DNA from: Candidatus Saccharimonadales bacterium
GTDB taxonomy: Bacteria; Patescibacteriota; Saccharimonadia; Saccharimonadales; DASZAF01
DNA length: 64,000 bases
Reading direction: 5' to 3'
Assembly (NCBI GenBank): GCA_035480055.1
Contig: DATIIB010000001.1
Location: 19,849 to 83,848 of the forward strand
Below, one piece after another: positions 1 to 9,368 of this stretch (its first letter is position 1; the number at the start of each line of letters is the position of its first letter). The position numbers and the translations under genes were made by a program. The notes under the pieces are model-generated. The model did no database searches. It was not told where the DNA came from and was given only the letters and a program-made list of their open reading frames with translations.

Positions 1-468
1 ACCATTTGTCGAGCCTTTCATTGGATGGACCAAGCGGCAGTGCTCCAAAAACTTAATCAGATCGTGGCGCCCTCGGGCGTTATTGCCGTGCTGAACGATA
101 AGAGCATTTGGAATCTGCAAGAGCCATGGTGCATTATCGTCAAAGGAGTGGTGCAAGAAATCTTGGGTCAAGAGCGACGAGCTGGCGACGATCTCTTTAA
201 CCCGCCAAAAGAACCCTTCAGCCAGATCTTTGCAGCCTCAGCTTTTTCTAAAGTCGAAGAGTTCAGCGTTCATGTTGAGCGCACCTGGACGGTGGATCAA
301 ATTATTGGCTATCTTTACTCCAATTCGTTTGCGGCCAAACCGCTCTTTGGCGATTACGTGGAACAATTTGAATCTGCAGTGCACCAGCGCCTTGAGCCGC
401 TTGCCGAAGACGACGGTACTTTTAAAGAGCATAACGAATTTAGCGTCTTGCTTGCCACGCGACCCTAA
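1..468 (+). CDS. class I SAM-dependent methyltransferase, C-terminal part (5' end outside window)
   Basis: Frame 1 is open from nt 1 (TICRAFHWMD...). The 'AFHW.D ... APSGVIAVL' segment resembles the post-SAM-binding part of Methyltransf_11-type enzymes. Stop codon at 466-468. Confidence 0.6.
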   Translation, partial: TICRAFHWMDQAAVLQKLNQIVAPSGVIAVLNDKSIWNLQEPWCIIVKGVVQEILGQERRAGDDLFNPPKEPFSQIFAASAFSKVEEFSVHVERTWTVDQIIGYLYSNSFAAKPLFGDYVEQFESAVHQRLEPLAEDDGTFKEHNEFSVLLATRP

Positions 469-471
469 AAC

Positions 472-945
472 TTACAGCGTAAATGCTTGACTATGCGTCA
501 AAGCTGCGGCCAAAGCATCCGCCGCGTCGTCAGGCTTGGGAATCTCTTTGAGTCGCAGCAACATGCGAACCATTTCTTGCACCTGTTTCTTATCGGCCTT
601 GCCTTGACCGGTCACCGACTGTTTAATTTGCTGCGGAGTGTATTCAAAAATCGGAATCGCCCGTTGCTGTCCCAACAAAAGGACAACTCCGCGCGCATGA
701 CTCACCGACATAGCCGTGGTGACATTACGCGCAAAAAAGAGTCGCTCCACCGAAAGCGCCTGCGGTTTGTGGGTATCAAAGATTTCGGTGAGCTCATTAA
801 AGATGGTTACCAGCCGCTCAGGCAGCGGTTGGTGCGGCGGCGTGCGAATCACACCTGCATCCACCATCTTGCTAGTGCGGCCATTGCAGTCGATCACGCC
901 AAAACCGAGGATGCCCGTGCCCGGGTCAATGCCAAGGATTCTCAT
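472..945 (-). CDS. ruvC: crossover junction endodeoxyribonuclease RuvC
   Basis: 157 aa. N-terminal MRILGIDPG is typical of the family. The C-terminal GKADKKQV...PKPDDAADALAAAL motif is characteristic of RuvC. Confidence 0.93.
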   Translation of the reverse strand: MRILGIDPGTGILGFGVIDCNGRTSKMVDAGVIRTPPHQPLPERLVTIFNELTEIFDTHKPQALSVERLFFARNVTTAMSVSHARGVVLLLGQQRAIPIFEYTPQQIKQSVTGQGKADKKQVQEMVRMLLRLKEIPKPDDAADALAAALTHSQAFTL

Positions 946-1568
946 ACAGTAATCCCAAGCTTAACGGCAATATGTTCAGCCATCCGTTGATGATAGTTAT
1001 CAATATTAAAGGGGAATGAACTCTGCGAAACATCATATGTCAGCACTTTGCCAGCTGCGTCCATACCTTGCGCAGTAAACACCGGGAGTTTTCCTTGATG
1101 CACTTCAAGTAACGGGCGAAGCGGCACCCAAAAGACAGCGGTCACTTCCACTGGGTCAAGCACGAGGTCGGTCAGTTCGCCATTACATTCAGCGGTGTAG
1201 ATCGAAAGAACCGTCCGCTCTTCATCCCCGTCGGCATTGAGGCTGGCATTGAGCTTGCGGCCCCAAAACGAGATAGCCTGATGAGGTATTTTCACTCCAA
1301 GTTCTTCTTCGGCCTCTCGCAAACCATCGAGATCTTTTTCGCCGGCAGCATAGTGGCCGCCAGCCGAGACATCCAACTTGCCCGGTTCCCACTTTTTAGT
1401 CAGTGACCGCTGTTGATACAGCATGGCCGGCTCGCCTTCCGACCGATACAGCCAGATATTAAACGTGCCGATCCATTTTCCAGTTTGAATCGCCTGACTG
1501 CGCGGCAGCGTTTGGCCAGTGGGTTCAAACTTTGGCGGTGCGAGGATGTCAACGATTTCTTCGATCAT
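942..1568 (-). CDS. NUDIX hydrolase
   Basis: Nudix box GGHYAAGEKDLDGLREAEEELGV (GX5EX7REUXEEXGU pattern). Its stop overlaps the ruvC start by 4 nt. Confidence 0.8.
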   Translation of the reverse strand: MIEEIVDILAPPKFEPTGQTLPRSQAIQTGKWIGTFNIWLYRSEGEPAMLYQQRSLTKKWEPGKLDVSAGGHYAAGEKDLDGLREAEEELGVKIPHQAISFWGRKLNASLNADGDEERTVLSIYTAECNGELTDLVLDPVEVTAVFWVPLRPLLEVHQGKLPVFTAQGMDAAGKVLTYDVSQSSFPFNIDNYHQRMAEHIAVKLGITV

Positions 1569-1584
1569 AGTCTTATTATACAGA

Positions 1585-2391
1585 CTAAAACTTGCTCTTT
1601 TGCAACTCCGCCACTATCCCCTGCAGTTTGTCGTGAATTACGCCATTGCTGATGATGGCGCCATTAATCGGCTGATCATAGCGTTGGGATTTTCCATCAA
1701 CATCTGTCACCCTGCCGCCGGCCTCTGTAACAATCAGCTGCAGAGCGGCAATGTCATGCGCTCCGGTGTAGGTATACACGGCGCCATCAAGCGCACCTTC
1801 GGCCACCAAACAGCCTTTGTAGGCAATACCGAGACAATGCACAATGTGCCATTTGTGTATTTGCAGTAATTCTTGAGCTCGAGGAGTGGCAAATAGTCCT
1901 TTGTAGGCATCGTAGCCTTTGGCGGTAATAATCGGCTTAGGTATGGCGGTGGGATCTTGGCCGCGCGTCGAAACTCGCATCGGTATGCCATTGCGCCAAG
2001 CGCCCTGATCTTGCACCGCGCTGTACAACGTGTCGGTCCAAGGGTTATAAATTACCGCAACCACCGGCTCGCCATTGTGTACCAGCGCGAGCGAGAAAGC
2101 ACTGACTGGCAAATGCGCAATGAACGCCACGGTGCCATCAATGGGATCGCACACCCACAGCCAGTCGGCGGTGTGATTGTGCGAGGCTTCTTCGCCGGCA
2201 ATGCCATGCTCGGGAAAAGCTTTTTTAACCTTTTGGATCACCAGGTCGTTAATCGCCAGGTCGATCGCTGTCACCGGTGTACCATCGGACTTCTCTTCAA
2301 CCAGCATGGTCGCCTGACCGGCGCGCATCATTTCTCCCGCTTGGTGGGCAAGATCGGTGGCAAAAGCAAGATAGGTCTGGGGGTTAGACAT
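1585..2391 (-). CDS. inositol monophosphatase family protein (SuhB/CysQ-like)
   Basis: The WVCDPIDGT metal-binding motif and IAGEE motif are present. I prefer the ATG at 2391 (MSNPQTY...), which overlaps the yebC stop by 8 nt. The ORF track's longer start at 2421 is also an ATG and remains possible. Confidence 0.85.
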   Translation of the reverse strand: MSNPQTYLAFATDLAHQAGEMMRAGQATMLVEEKSDGTPVTAIDLAINDLVIQKVKKAFPEHGIAGEEASHNHTADWLWVCDPIDGTVAFIAHLPVSAFSLALVHNGEPVVAVIYNPWTDTLYSAVQDQGAWRNGIPMRVSTRGQDPTAIPKPIITAKGYDAYKGLFATPRAQELLQIHKWHIVHCLGIAYKGCLVAEGALDGAVYTYTGAHDIAALQLIVTEAGGRVTDVDGKSQRYDQPINGAIISNGVIHDKLQGIVAELQKSKF

Positions 2392-3118
2392 CAAGACCGT
2401 CTGCCATCGTAAAGTTGGCATGGACGTTAGTCACATCGTCTAGGTCGTCGAGCGCGTTCATTAAGTTCATTACTTTACGAGCCGTGTCGGCATCGGTAAT
2501 CTCCACCGTATTGTTGGGGATATAGGTCAGCTCGGCTTCTTTCACTTCGAAGTTTGCTGCCTGCAAAGCGTCGCGAACCGCAGCCAGCTGCTTGGGGTCG
2601 GTTGTCACCACCAGCTCGTCATCGTCTTGTTCGGCGTCTTCGGCGCCAGCGTCAATTGCTGCCAGCATTGCTTCATCAACATCACCGCTAAAGCTGACGC
2701 GGATCATGCCTTTGCGGCTGAATTGAAACGCCACAGCACCAGTTTCGGCCATATTACCGCCGGTTTTGCTAAAGGCCAGGCGAACTTCAGGATAGGTGCG
2801 ATTTTTGTTATCCGTCGCACACTCCACAATCACCGCAATGCCGCCCGGGCCATAGCCTTCGTACGTTACTTCTTCGATAACTGCGCCGCCCAGTTTGCCC
2901 GAACCACGATCGATGGAACGTTGAATGTTGGCATTCGGCATGTTGGCCGCGCGTGCTTTGTCCATCGCCAGGCGCAAGGCAAAGTTCGTATCCGGATCTG
3001 CCCCACTACGGGCTGCGATGGCGATATTATTGCCGAGTTTGGTAAACACCGCACCGCGAGCCGCATCCTTGGCGCCCTTTTGCCGTTTAATAGTTGACCA
3101 TTTGGAGTGTCCTGACAT
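2384..3118 (-). CDS. yebC: YebC/PmpR family DNA-binding transcriptional regulator
   Basis: The N-terminus MSGHSKWSTIKRQKGAKDAARGAVFTKL is the hallmark of this family. Length is 244 aa. Confidence 0.93.
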   Translation of the reverse strand: MSGHSKWSTIKRQKGAKDAARGAVFTKLGNNIAIAARSGADPDTNFALRLAMDKARAANMPNANIQRSIDRGSGKLGGAVIEEVTYEGYGPGGIAVIVECATDNKNRTYPEVRLAFSKTGGNMAETGAVAFQFSRKGMIRVSFSGDVDEAMLAAIDAGAEDAEQDDDELVVTTDPKQLAAVRDALQAANFEVKEAELTYIPNNTVEITDADTARKVMNLMNALDDLDDVTNVHANFTMADGLDV

Positions 3119-3191
3119 AACTCACCTCTTTTTTGTTGCAATATACTTGATACTATTGTAGCATTTTTGTCGATGTATCTCTAGAGCTAGC

Positions 3192-4634
3192 TCACTCCAC
3201 CACGCTCTCTCCCCGACGGTAGCGATACCCGGTACGTATATAAAGTATGTAGCCCAACCCTACTACACAGCTATATAAAAGGCCAAGTTCAATCCCGCTA
3301 AGGAGCAGCTTTTGCGAAGCCCACGGCACTTTGGCGAGCAGTTGTACCACTTCCACAATGTAGCCCAGAATCCACCGCGCAGGCAGCGCGAACCATCCGG
3401 CTATCGGCGACACGATAATTCCGGCCACACCAGCCACAAAAGTAAAAAGCATAGCAAGAGGAATAAACGGCGCCACTACGGCGTTGGCGATCAACCCCAG
3501 GGTTGAGAATTGCCCAAACACCAGCATCACCAAAGGTTCAACCAGCACCTCGGCCGCGATGGTTTCGACCAGTATCTGCCCAACGAGTGTTGGTTCTGGC
3601 CGCTGGCTGAATCGTGTATGCAGCAACGGCGCGAGCAACAAGACGCCTGCGAATGCCACAAACGACAGCCACCATCCCAAATCATGCCAGATGTACAGCG
3701 GGCTCCACCACGCGGTCAGGGCCGCACTCAACAATATCAGCAGCACGGGGTGTACCGTCCGGCCAAAGTACCAGGTGGCGAGGGATAAAAAGGTCACCAC
3801 TCCCGCTCGTGCCATCGAAGGACTTAAGCCGGTGACCGCAAGCATCACCAACATGAGCGCCACCGAACCGGCGAACGCCTGAAACTTGGAATAGCGCGCC
3901 AACATTCGCCGCGAAAGGCGAATCAAAATGGTCAGATTATACCCCGATGCCACCACAATGTGCGTTAACGCCAGGACTCTGAGCTGGTTTTGCAAATCAC
4001 TCGGCAGCTGCGATTTTAAGCCAACCAAAAAGCCGAGCCCCAAACTGGCCTGTGGATCTGGCAAAGCGTTATAGACTCCAATAAAAAAGCGGCGGCGTAG
4101 CGATTCAATCGGATTGGTGCCTTTGGCTACCACCTTTACCGGCGTGAACGATATTACCCCTTGGTAATTCCCAAACCCAGGATAGAGCTTGCCAGACACC
4201 ATGACCGTATCGCCGCGGACCGCCCCGCTTGCTCCAAGGGCATGCACGCGAATCTGGCCAGGCAGCTTTTGCCCGTGCACCCTTACCGATTCCATATAAA
4301 AACTGAGCCGCCGTTTATCATCATAAGTTGGATCGTCATGTATGCGGCCGACCACTTGAACCTGACGGCCATACAGCTCGCGATATGCTTGCAGTTGGCG
4401 GGCCAACACACTGCCCTTTTGCCAGCCAATCATGCAGCCGCAGGCACACAACATCAGCAAGGCACCGAGCGTTCGGCAACGGCTCCACCACAGTAGTGGC
4501 ACAATTCCCAGCAACCATGCTTCGGAAAAAACAAATGGATGCCACTTGGCTACTAGCATACCGCTAAGGATTGCCGCACACAGCCAGCTCAAAAGCGTTA
4601 CCTGGTTGTATTGACGGGTGATAATTCTTGACAC
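3192..4634 (-). CDS. comEC: ComEC/Rec2 family competence protein (no metallo-beta-lactamase domain)
   Basis: Polytopic membrane protein with the ComEC 'competence' core motif LALTHIVVASGYNLTIL. An OB-like segment (DUF4131-like) follows the first TM helices. The start is uncertain. The ORF runs to a TTG at 4712, which would overlap the divergent gene. I chose the GTG at 4634, just before the first TM helix. Confidence 0.8.
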   Translation of the reverse strand: MSRIITRQYNQVTLLSWLCAAILSGMLVAKWHPFVFSEAWLLGIVPLLWWSRCRTLGALLMLCACGCMIGWQKGSVLARQLQAYRELYGRQVQVVGRIHDDPTYDDKRRLSFYMESVRVHGQKLPGQIRVHALGASGAVRGDTVMVSGKLYPGFGNYQGVISFTPVKVVAKGTNPIESLRRRFFIGVYNALPDPQASLGLGFLVGLKSQLPSDLQNQLRVLALTHIVVASGYNLTILIRLSRRMLARYSKFQAFAGSVALMLVMLAVTGLSPSMARAGVVTFLSLATWYFGRTVHPVLLILLSAALTAWWSPLYIWHDLGWWLSFVAFAGVLLLAPLLHTRFSQRPEPTLVGQILVETIAAEVLVEPLVMLVFGQFSTLGLIANAVVAPFIPLAMLFTFVAGVAGIIVSPIAGWFALPARWILGYIVEVVQLLAKVPWASQKLLLSGIELGLLYSCVVGLGYILYIRTGYRYRRGESVVE

Positions 4635-4694
4635 GGCCGCATAGTAGCAGGCGGTAAGCGATGGTACAATATAATTACTAATAAAGGGTGGGGC

Positions 4695-5753
4695 ATGAAA
4701 AAAATTACACAACTTTTACGCAATCGCATAAGACCGACCAAAAAGCTACTGCTTGTGGCAGCGAGCAGCCTGGTGGTAGTGGGCGCCGGTTCGGTGGCCG
4801 TGATGGCGGCAATCCCCGACAGCAGTGGCGTAATCCATGGGTGTCGCGCCAATGCACAAGGAAGCCTACGAGTAATTGACACTGACGCTGGACAGACCTG
4901 TCGCGGCAGCGAGACAGCACTCAACTGGAACCAAAGTGGCAGCACAGGTTCGGGTTCGGGCCATGGCGAGTTTGTCACTAACCTGTTTGGGCAAGATTTT
5001 AGCAGCGCCAGTTTGCAGGCACGAAACTTCGCGGGTGCTGATATGCACGGGAGCAACTTCACTAGTGCCAACCTGACCGGAAGTGACTTCCATGGAGCAA
5101 ATCTCTCGGGAGGCGCATTCACTGGTGTGACAGCAAATAGCGTTAACTTTCACGGTGCTGATTTTTCAAACGCAAATTTTGATAGGCAAAACAGAGCACA
5201 TCTCAACAACTCTGACTTTAGTGCTGCCAACTTTACAGGTGCCATGTTTAATACCAACATCAATACAAGCAATGTCAACTTTCAAGGGGCCAACTTCACC
5301 AATTTTACCCTTGCGAGCCTAGGGGGTCTGGGCGGCGACTTCCGTACTGCTACATTTACCAATGCAACTCTTGCAGGCGGTTTCGGAAATGCCGACCTTC
5401 AGAATGTTGTCTTTACCTCTGCCAACTTTCCAGGAGGATTACAAATTGGAGGTAGCAACCTTACTGGGGCCGATTTTAGCGGACGAAGCATGCTAAACAC
5501 CTTCTTTGTTGCCGCAACTGATCTTACAAACACCCATTTTAATAATGCACAACTTACCGGCGGGCAATTCGCCTCGGTGACAATGACGAACACAGACTTC
5601 ACCAACGCCCACCTCACCAATGTGGGGTTTGCTGAAAATACAAATCTGAGCACTGCCATCCTTACCGGCGTGACCTGGACCAATGTCACCTGCCCCGACA
5701 GCACCAACAGTGACAGCAACGGCAACACTTGCGTGGGGCACTTAGTACCGTAA
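4695..5753 (+). CDS. secreted pentapeptide-repeat protein
   Basis: N-terminal signal/anchor (KKLLLVAASSLVVVGAGSVAVMAA). About 250 aa follow of A(D/N)LxG-type pentapeptide repeats (ANLTGSDFHGANLSGGAFTG...). Cys pairs lie before and after the repeat solenoid. An extended -10-like TGgTACAATATAAT sits at 4662-4675 and an SD-like AAAGGGTGGGG precedes the ATG. Confidence 0.85.
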   Translation: MKKITQLLRNRIRPTKKLLLVAASSLVVVGAGSVAVMAAIPDSSGVIHGCRANAQGSLRVIDTDAGQTCRGSETALNWNQSGSTGSGSGHGEFVTNLFGQDFSSASLQARNFAGADMHGSNFTSANLTGSDFHGANLSGGAFTGVTANSVNFHGADFSNANFDRQNRAHLNNSDFSAANFTGAMFNTNINTSNVNFQGANFTNFTLASLGGLGGDFRTATFTNATLAGGFGNADLQNVVFTSANFPGGLQIGGSNLTGADFSGRSMLNTFFVAATDLTNTHFNNAQLTGGQFASVTMTNTDFTNAHLTNVGFAENTNLSTAILTGVTWTNVTCPDSTNSDSNGNTCVGHLVP

Positions 5754-5764
5754 TCCTTGAAGTA

Positions 5765-6316
5765 TCAGGTGAGCGTTGGCTTGCTCTTCCAACCTTTATA
5801 CACCATCCACGAAGCCAACGCATAAGCCTGCTTCATCGCACCAGTAGCAATCATGGCATCGATTTGCGCTTCACTATACCAATCATATTCGATAAACTCT
5901 TCGGCATCGCCTGGCAGGTGCGCTTCCTGCAGGTTGGTTGCCACGAAAACATATGTTTTGGAATCGCTGCGGCGGTTGTCGCTGTAGTAAGCGCCGATAA
6001 GCTCCATGTCTCCACATAGCTTGCATTCTTCCATCAGCTCGCGGTTTGCGCCCTCGGCAACATCTTCATCATTAGGGACACCACCCCCTGGAAGCTGGTA
6101 CAAAACCTCGGCCGGTGGGTGGCTGTATTCACGCTGCAGCAGGATAAGTCCATCATCACGCTGAGCGATAATCGTCGCAACGTTGCCGGTGCGCTTGTAC
6201 CGAAGGTATTTTGTCTCCGTGCCATCAGGAAGCAGAACTATATCTTCAATAAGTGTGAGTCGTGGATGCTCAAAAATCGTTTCTTCACTTAGCTTCTTCC
6301 ATTTTTTGATGGGCAT
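5765..6316 (-). CDS. NUDIX hydrolase (ADP-ribose pyrophosphatase-like)
   Basis: Nudix box GGGVPNDEDVAEGANRELMEECKL. Length is 183 aa. Confidence 0.8.
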   Translation of the reverse strand: MPIKKWKKLSEETIFEHPRLTLIEDIVLLPDGTETKYLRYKRTGNVATIIAQRDDGLILLQREYSHPPAEVLYQLPGGGVPNDEDVAEGANRELMEECKLCGDMELIGAYYSDNRRSDSKTYVFVATNLQEAHLPGDAEEFIEYDWYSEAQIDAMIATGAMKQAYALASWMVYKGWKSKPTLT

Positions 6317-6361
6317 AGTGAATAGTGTAGCAGAGTTTTATTTCGAACTCCCCGCGATTCG

Positions 6362-8164
6362 TTACCGCAATTGAGATTCAAACATATGGTAGAACTTGCC
6401 CTTTAAGGCAATCAGCTCGTCATGAGTCCCTGATTCAACAATTGCTCCATCTTCAAGCATGTAAATCTTGTCAGCTTTTTTAATAGTTGATAAACGATGG
6501 CTTATGGTAATGACCGTCCGTTTACGGTTGTCGAATAACCGCTTAAAGATACGCGATTCTGCCAGCGCATCGATTGCCGAGGTGGGCTCATCAAGGATTA
6601 TAACTGGGGCATTCCGATAAAAGTTCCTGGCAAGAGCGAGTCGCTGCCATTGCCCGCCAGATAATTCCACTCCCTTAGTTCTTTCTTCATCTTCCATCCA
6701 ATTGTTGACAAACGAATCGAGGCCTTTTGGAAGTTTACGAATGAAATCACTCGCCTCAGCTTCCTGCAAGGCTGCATCGATTCGCTGTTCATCCGACTTG
6801 GATTCGATATCTCCAAACCGGACGTTGTCACGAGCGGTGGCGAATCCGTACGCAATAAAATCTTGCTGCAGCACGCCCAACTGCCGATGCCAGGTGCTCA
6901 GGTCAATTTCTTGTAACGGTACATTGTCCAGCAAAATCTCGCCACTCGTGGGCGAATACAAACCGGTCAACAATTTCACCAGAGTAGATTTGCCGGCACC
7001 GTTTTCTCCTACAAAGGCCACATGCTGGTTGCGCTTGATGTCTAAGCTAATCTCACGAAGCACCTCGGGAGAGTCCTTGCCAGGATATCGAAAACTCACA
7101 TCCTTTACCACTATTTCTTCCGGTATGCTTGCGAGTTTATGGCTGCCGTTATGGTGCAAAGGTAGTTTCATAAACTGCTCGTAATCAAAGAGATTGGCGA
7201 TATCTTCGTCAATACTGCTGATGGTAGCAACCAAACCTGCAGCGCTCGTCATTGCCCGGTTCGTTATCTGTTGGATAAAAAGAAATTGTCCAAGCGGCTG
7301 GTGATGATTAATAATCTTCAAGCTTACCCATATGAGTGCAACCACCTCCGCGCCAGTTTCAATTAAATTTGAGAGTAAGGTCAATGGGAGAACCTGACGC
7401 TCAACGTCAATTCGCTGTTTTTCGTCTTTATCATGCAGATCGGTGCGAAGCCGCAGCAAATGTTTGACCATGCCGTAGAGTCGTAGCTCGCCAATTAAGC
7501 GGGGTTGTAGCAAATCCCATTCGATAAGGTTTAGCGACCGGCGCACCTCCACGTTTTCATTCCAGATCTTTGCTTGTCGGCGCGATAACTTAAACTGGAC
7601 ATATATACCTGGAATAACAGAGATCAACACAAACAGCGCAAGCATCCAATTAACGGATAGCAGCGCTGCCACTGCGCTGACGATGGCAATAACTTGCGAG
7701 ACAATCATGGCGATGCGGTCAAATACCCAGGCGTAGAAGGCAGAGAACTTTTTGGCTCTGTCGTAAAGGTCAGCGGTTTGCTTATCATCATAGCGCCAAA
7801 AATCGAGTGACAAAAAGTGCTCAAACATTCGATTGCTGATTCGCGCGCCCACGATGTACCGCATCTTGGCCTGAATGTACGTGTCAAAGCTGCTCCAAAT
7901 GATCATCACCAAACCCAGAGCAGCGGTGAGCAACACATACGTGATTACTTGAGATTTTGCGCCAGGATTATTGCCGTAGGCACTGGCAAGCGCAGTGGTA
8001 GTGCGCGCCGCAAAGTAAGTGGTAGCGATTGGCAGAAGAGCGGTCACAACCGAGCCAAGCAATTTGAAGGCCACCGCACTTGGCGCAATTCTAAAGCTCA
8101 TTACGGCAACAGCGGCAATCGCGCGGAGTTGTTGCTTGGTGGTTAGCGTTTTATTGTTTGACAC
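6362..8164 (-). CDS. ABC transporter, fused permease/ATP-binding protein (type I exporter, MsbA/multidrug-like)
   Basis: N-terminal six-TM exporter domain. Walker A GENGAGKST, signature LSGGQWQRLALAR and Walker B VIILDEPTSAID are all present. Confidence 0.9.
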   Translation of the reverse strand: MSNNKTLTTKQQLRAIAAVAVMSFRIAPSAVAFKLLGSVVTALLPIATTYFAARTTTALASAYGNNPGAKSQVITYVLLTAALGLVMIIWSSFDTYIQAKMRYIVGARISNRMFEHFLSLDFWRYDDKQTADLYDRAKKFSAFYAWVFDRIAMIVSQVIAIVSAVAALLSVNWMLALFVLISVIPGIYVQFKLSRRQAKIWNENVEVRRSLNLIEWDLLQPRLIGELRLYGMVKHLLRLRTDLHDKDEKQRIDVERQVLPLTLLSNLIETGAEVVALIWVSLKIINHHQPLGQFLFIQQITNRAMTSAAGLVATISSIDEDIANLFDYEQFMKLPLHHNGSHKLASIPEEIVVKDVSFRYPGKDSPEVLREISLDIKRNQHVAFVGENGAGKSTLVKLLTGLYSPTSGEILLDNVPLQEIDLSTWHRQLGVLQQDFIAYGFATARDNVRFGDIESKSDEQRIDAALQEAEASDFIRKLPKGLDSFVNNWMEDEERTKGVELSGGQWQRLALARNFYRNAPVIILDEPTSAIDALAESRIFKRLFDNRKRTVITISHRLSTIKKADKIYMLEDGAIVESGTHDELIALKGKFYHMFESQLR

Positions 8165-8209
8165 GCACCAATCATACCAATGAATAGCTCTTTATAACAA
8201 AAGCAAATA

Positions 8210-8236
8210 CAAAAACTCCTCATAAATGAGGAGTTT
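8210..8236 (-). terminator. intrinsic terminator hairpin downstream of tRNA-Lys
   Basis: Perfect palindrome AAACTCCTCAT-AA-ATGAGGAGTTT. On the minus strand it is followed by a T5 run. Confidence 0.6.
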
Positions 8237-8248
8237 AGCGTAACAATA

Positions 8249-8325
8249 TGGAGGGCCCACTGGGACTCGAACCCAGGACACCCTGCTTAAAAGGCAGGTG
8301 CTCTAACCGGCTGAGCTATGGGCCC
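8249..8325 (-). tRNA. tRNA-Lys (anticodon UUU), CCA encoded
   Basis: The reverse complement folds as a cloverleaf: GGGCCCA/TGGGCCC acceptor, anticodon arm CCTGC-CTTTTAA-GCAGG, T-arm CTGGG-TTCGAGT-CCCAG. Confidence 0.93.
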
Positions 8326-8386
8326 ATATGTACTAAAGTACCTGTAAAGTAAAGCACAATTACAGAGAAAAATCAATCGGTCGCGG

Positions 8387-8872
8387 CTATTTTCTGCGAC
8401 CGCGTTCTCGGCCTTTGATGGCCTTGGATAGGTACAGATCAATCAAGGCAAAGGCAAGCCCAACTGCCAAAATGGACATTTTGTACCTTACCACTTGGCT
8501 GACATGCGCTTGGGTCACCAGACTCTCAGCAAAGATGCCCTTCATGTATCCTGCAATCAGCGCCACAACAACGCTCGCAAAAACCACTGCGCCAATGAGC
8601 CGTCGAATCCTGGCGTGGCTTTTTGGCCCAGCAAACCACACCAGAAGCGCAGGCAAAAGAGTAATGGCGATTCCCACTGCGGCCTCTGGCTGGACTCGCT
8701 GAATATGCACGCCGTGCGCGTCCAGTTGTTGCGCGGCAGTCGCAGCGGCCAAGCTTGCCATCAAACCGCCGGCCATTGCAGCCAAGATCAGCGTTCCGGC
8801 CGAACGTTTAAACAAATATGATCCAGCCACCAACACCGCGGCGGTTGCAAGAAGGACGATGTCCACAAACAT
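8387..8872 (-). CDS. hypothetical 4-TM membrane protein (last gene of the ATP-grasp operon)
   Basis: 161 aa with four hydrophobic helices and a basic C-terminal tail (KGRERGRRK). It lies 12 nt downstream of the DUF192 gene. Confidence 0.55.
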   Translation of the reverse strand: MFVDIVLLATAAVLVAGSYLFKRSAGTLILAAMAGGLMASLAAATAAQQLDAHGVHIQRVQPEAAVGIAITLLPALLVWFAGPKSHARIRRLIGAVVFASVVVALIAGYMKGIFAESLVTQAHVSQVVRYKMSILAVGLAFALIDLYLSKAIKGRERGRRK

Positions 8873-8884
8873 AAGCTTAGTATA

Positions 8885-9358
8885 TCACTGTTGAAAGGAG
8901 AACTGCGCGGAACTCCCTTCGCGGAGCTGATGGGCGTCCGCAAACCCGCTTGGCACCTCAAGCACATACAGCGCGGGCATGGGGGAAGAAAAATTCTCCG
9001 GATAAGTTTGCGGCGACAGATTGCGCTCAATATGCACCACTTTCCTATCATGATCCAGCCACAGTATATCCAGCGGATATTTCATATCCTTCATCCACAT
9101 CGGTAGCGAGCCCGGCTGATCAAAAATAAATAACATGCCGGTTTGCGGTTTGAGCGAGGTTGTCCCAGACAGGCCGTGTTCGCGCGTATCCGGCGTATCG
9201 ACAATCTGGGCCGCTATATGGGTCTCGCCAAAGTTGATATCGGCGGTGCGCTGGTGGTGAAATACTCGCCAGCAGACAAACATGCCGCTCAGCAACACCC
9301 CAACCACAACGCCACCCGCAACTCCTGCCATAATCTTGGTATCCAGAAGTTGCCGCAC
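8885..9358 (-). CDS. DUF192 domain protein, N-terminally membrane-anchored
   Basis: The C-terminal segment MLFIFD...MWMKDMKYPLDILWLD...YVLEVPSGFA matches my memory of the DUF192 (COG1430) pattern. I place the start at the GTG at 9358, preceded by AAGGAG with 6-nt spacing. The ATG at 9331 is an alternative. The 319-aa ORF in the track overlaps rimK and is rejected. Confidence 0.7.
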   Translation of the reverse strand: MRQLLDTKIMAGVAGGVVVGVLLSGMFVCWRVFHHQRTADINFGETHIAAQIVDTPDTREHGLSGTTSLKPQTGMLFIFDQPGSLPMWMKDMKYPLDILWLDHDRKVVHIERNLSPQTYPENFSSPMPALYVLEVPSGFADAHQLREGSSAQFSFQQ

Positions 9359-9368
9359 CCATTTCTCC

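Noticed and set aside
4950-5700. Periodic DNA in the pentapeptide gene as a tandem DNA repeat or satellite
   Set aside because: The periodicity is at the amino-acid level (a 5-residue repeat with varied codons). I saw no long exact nucleotide repeat units.
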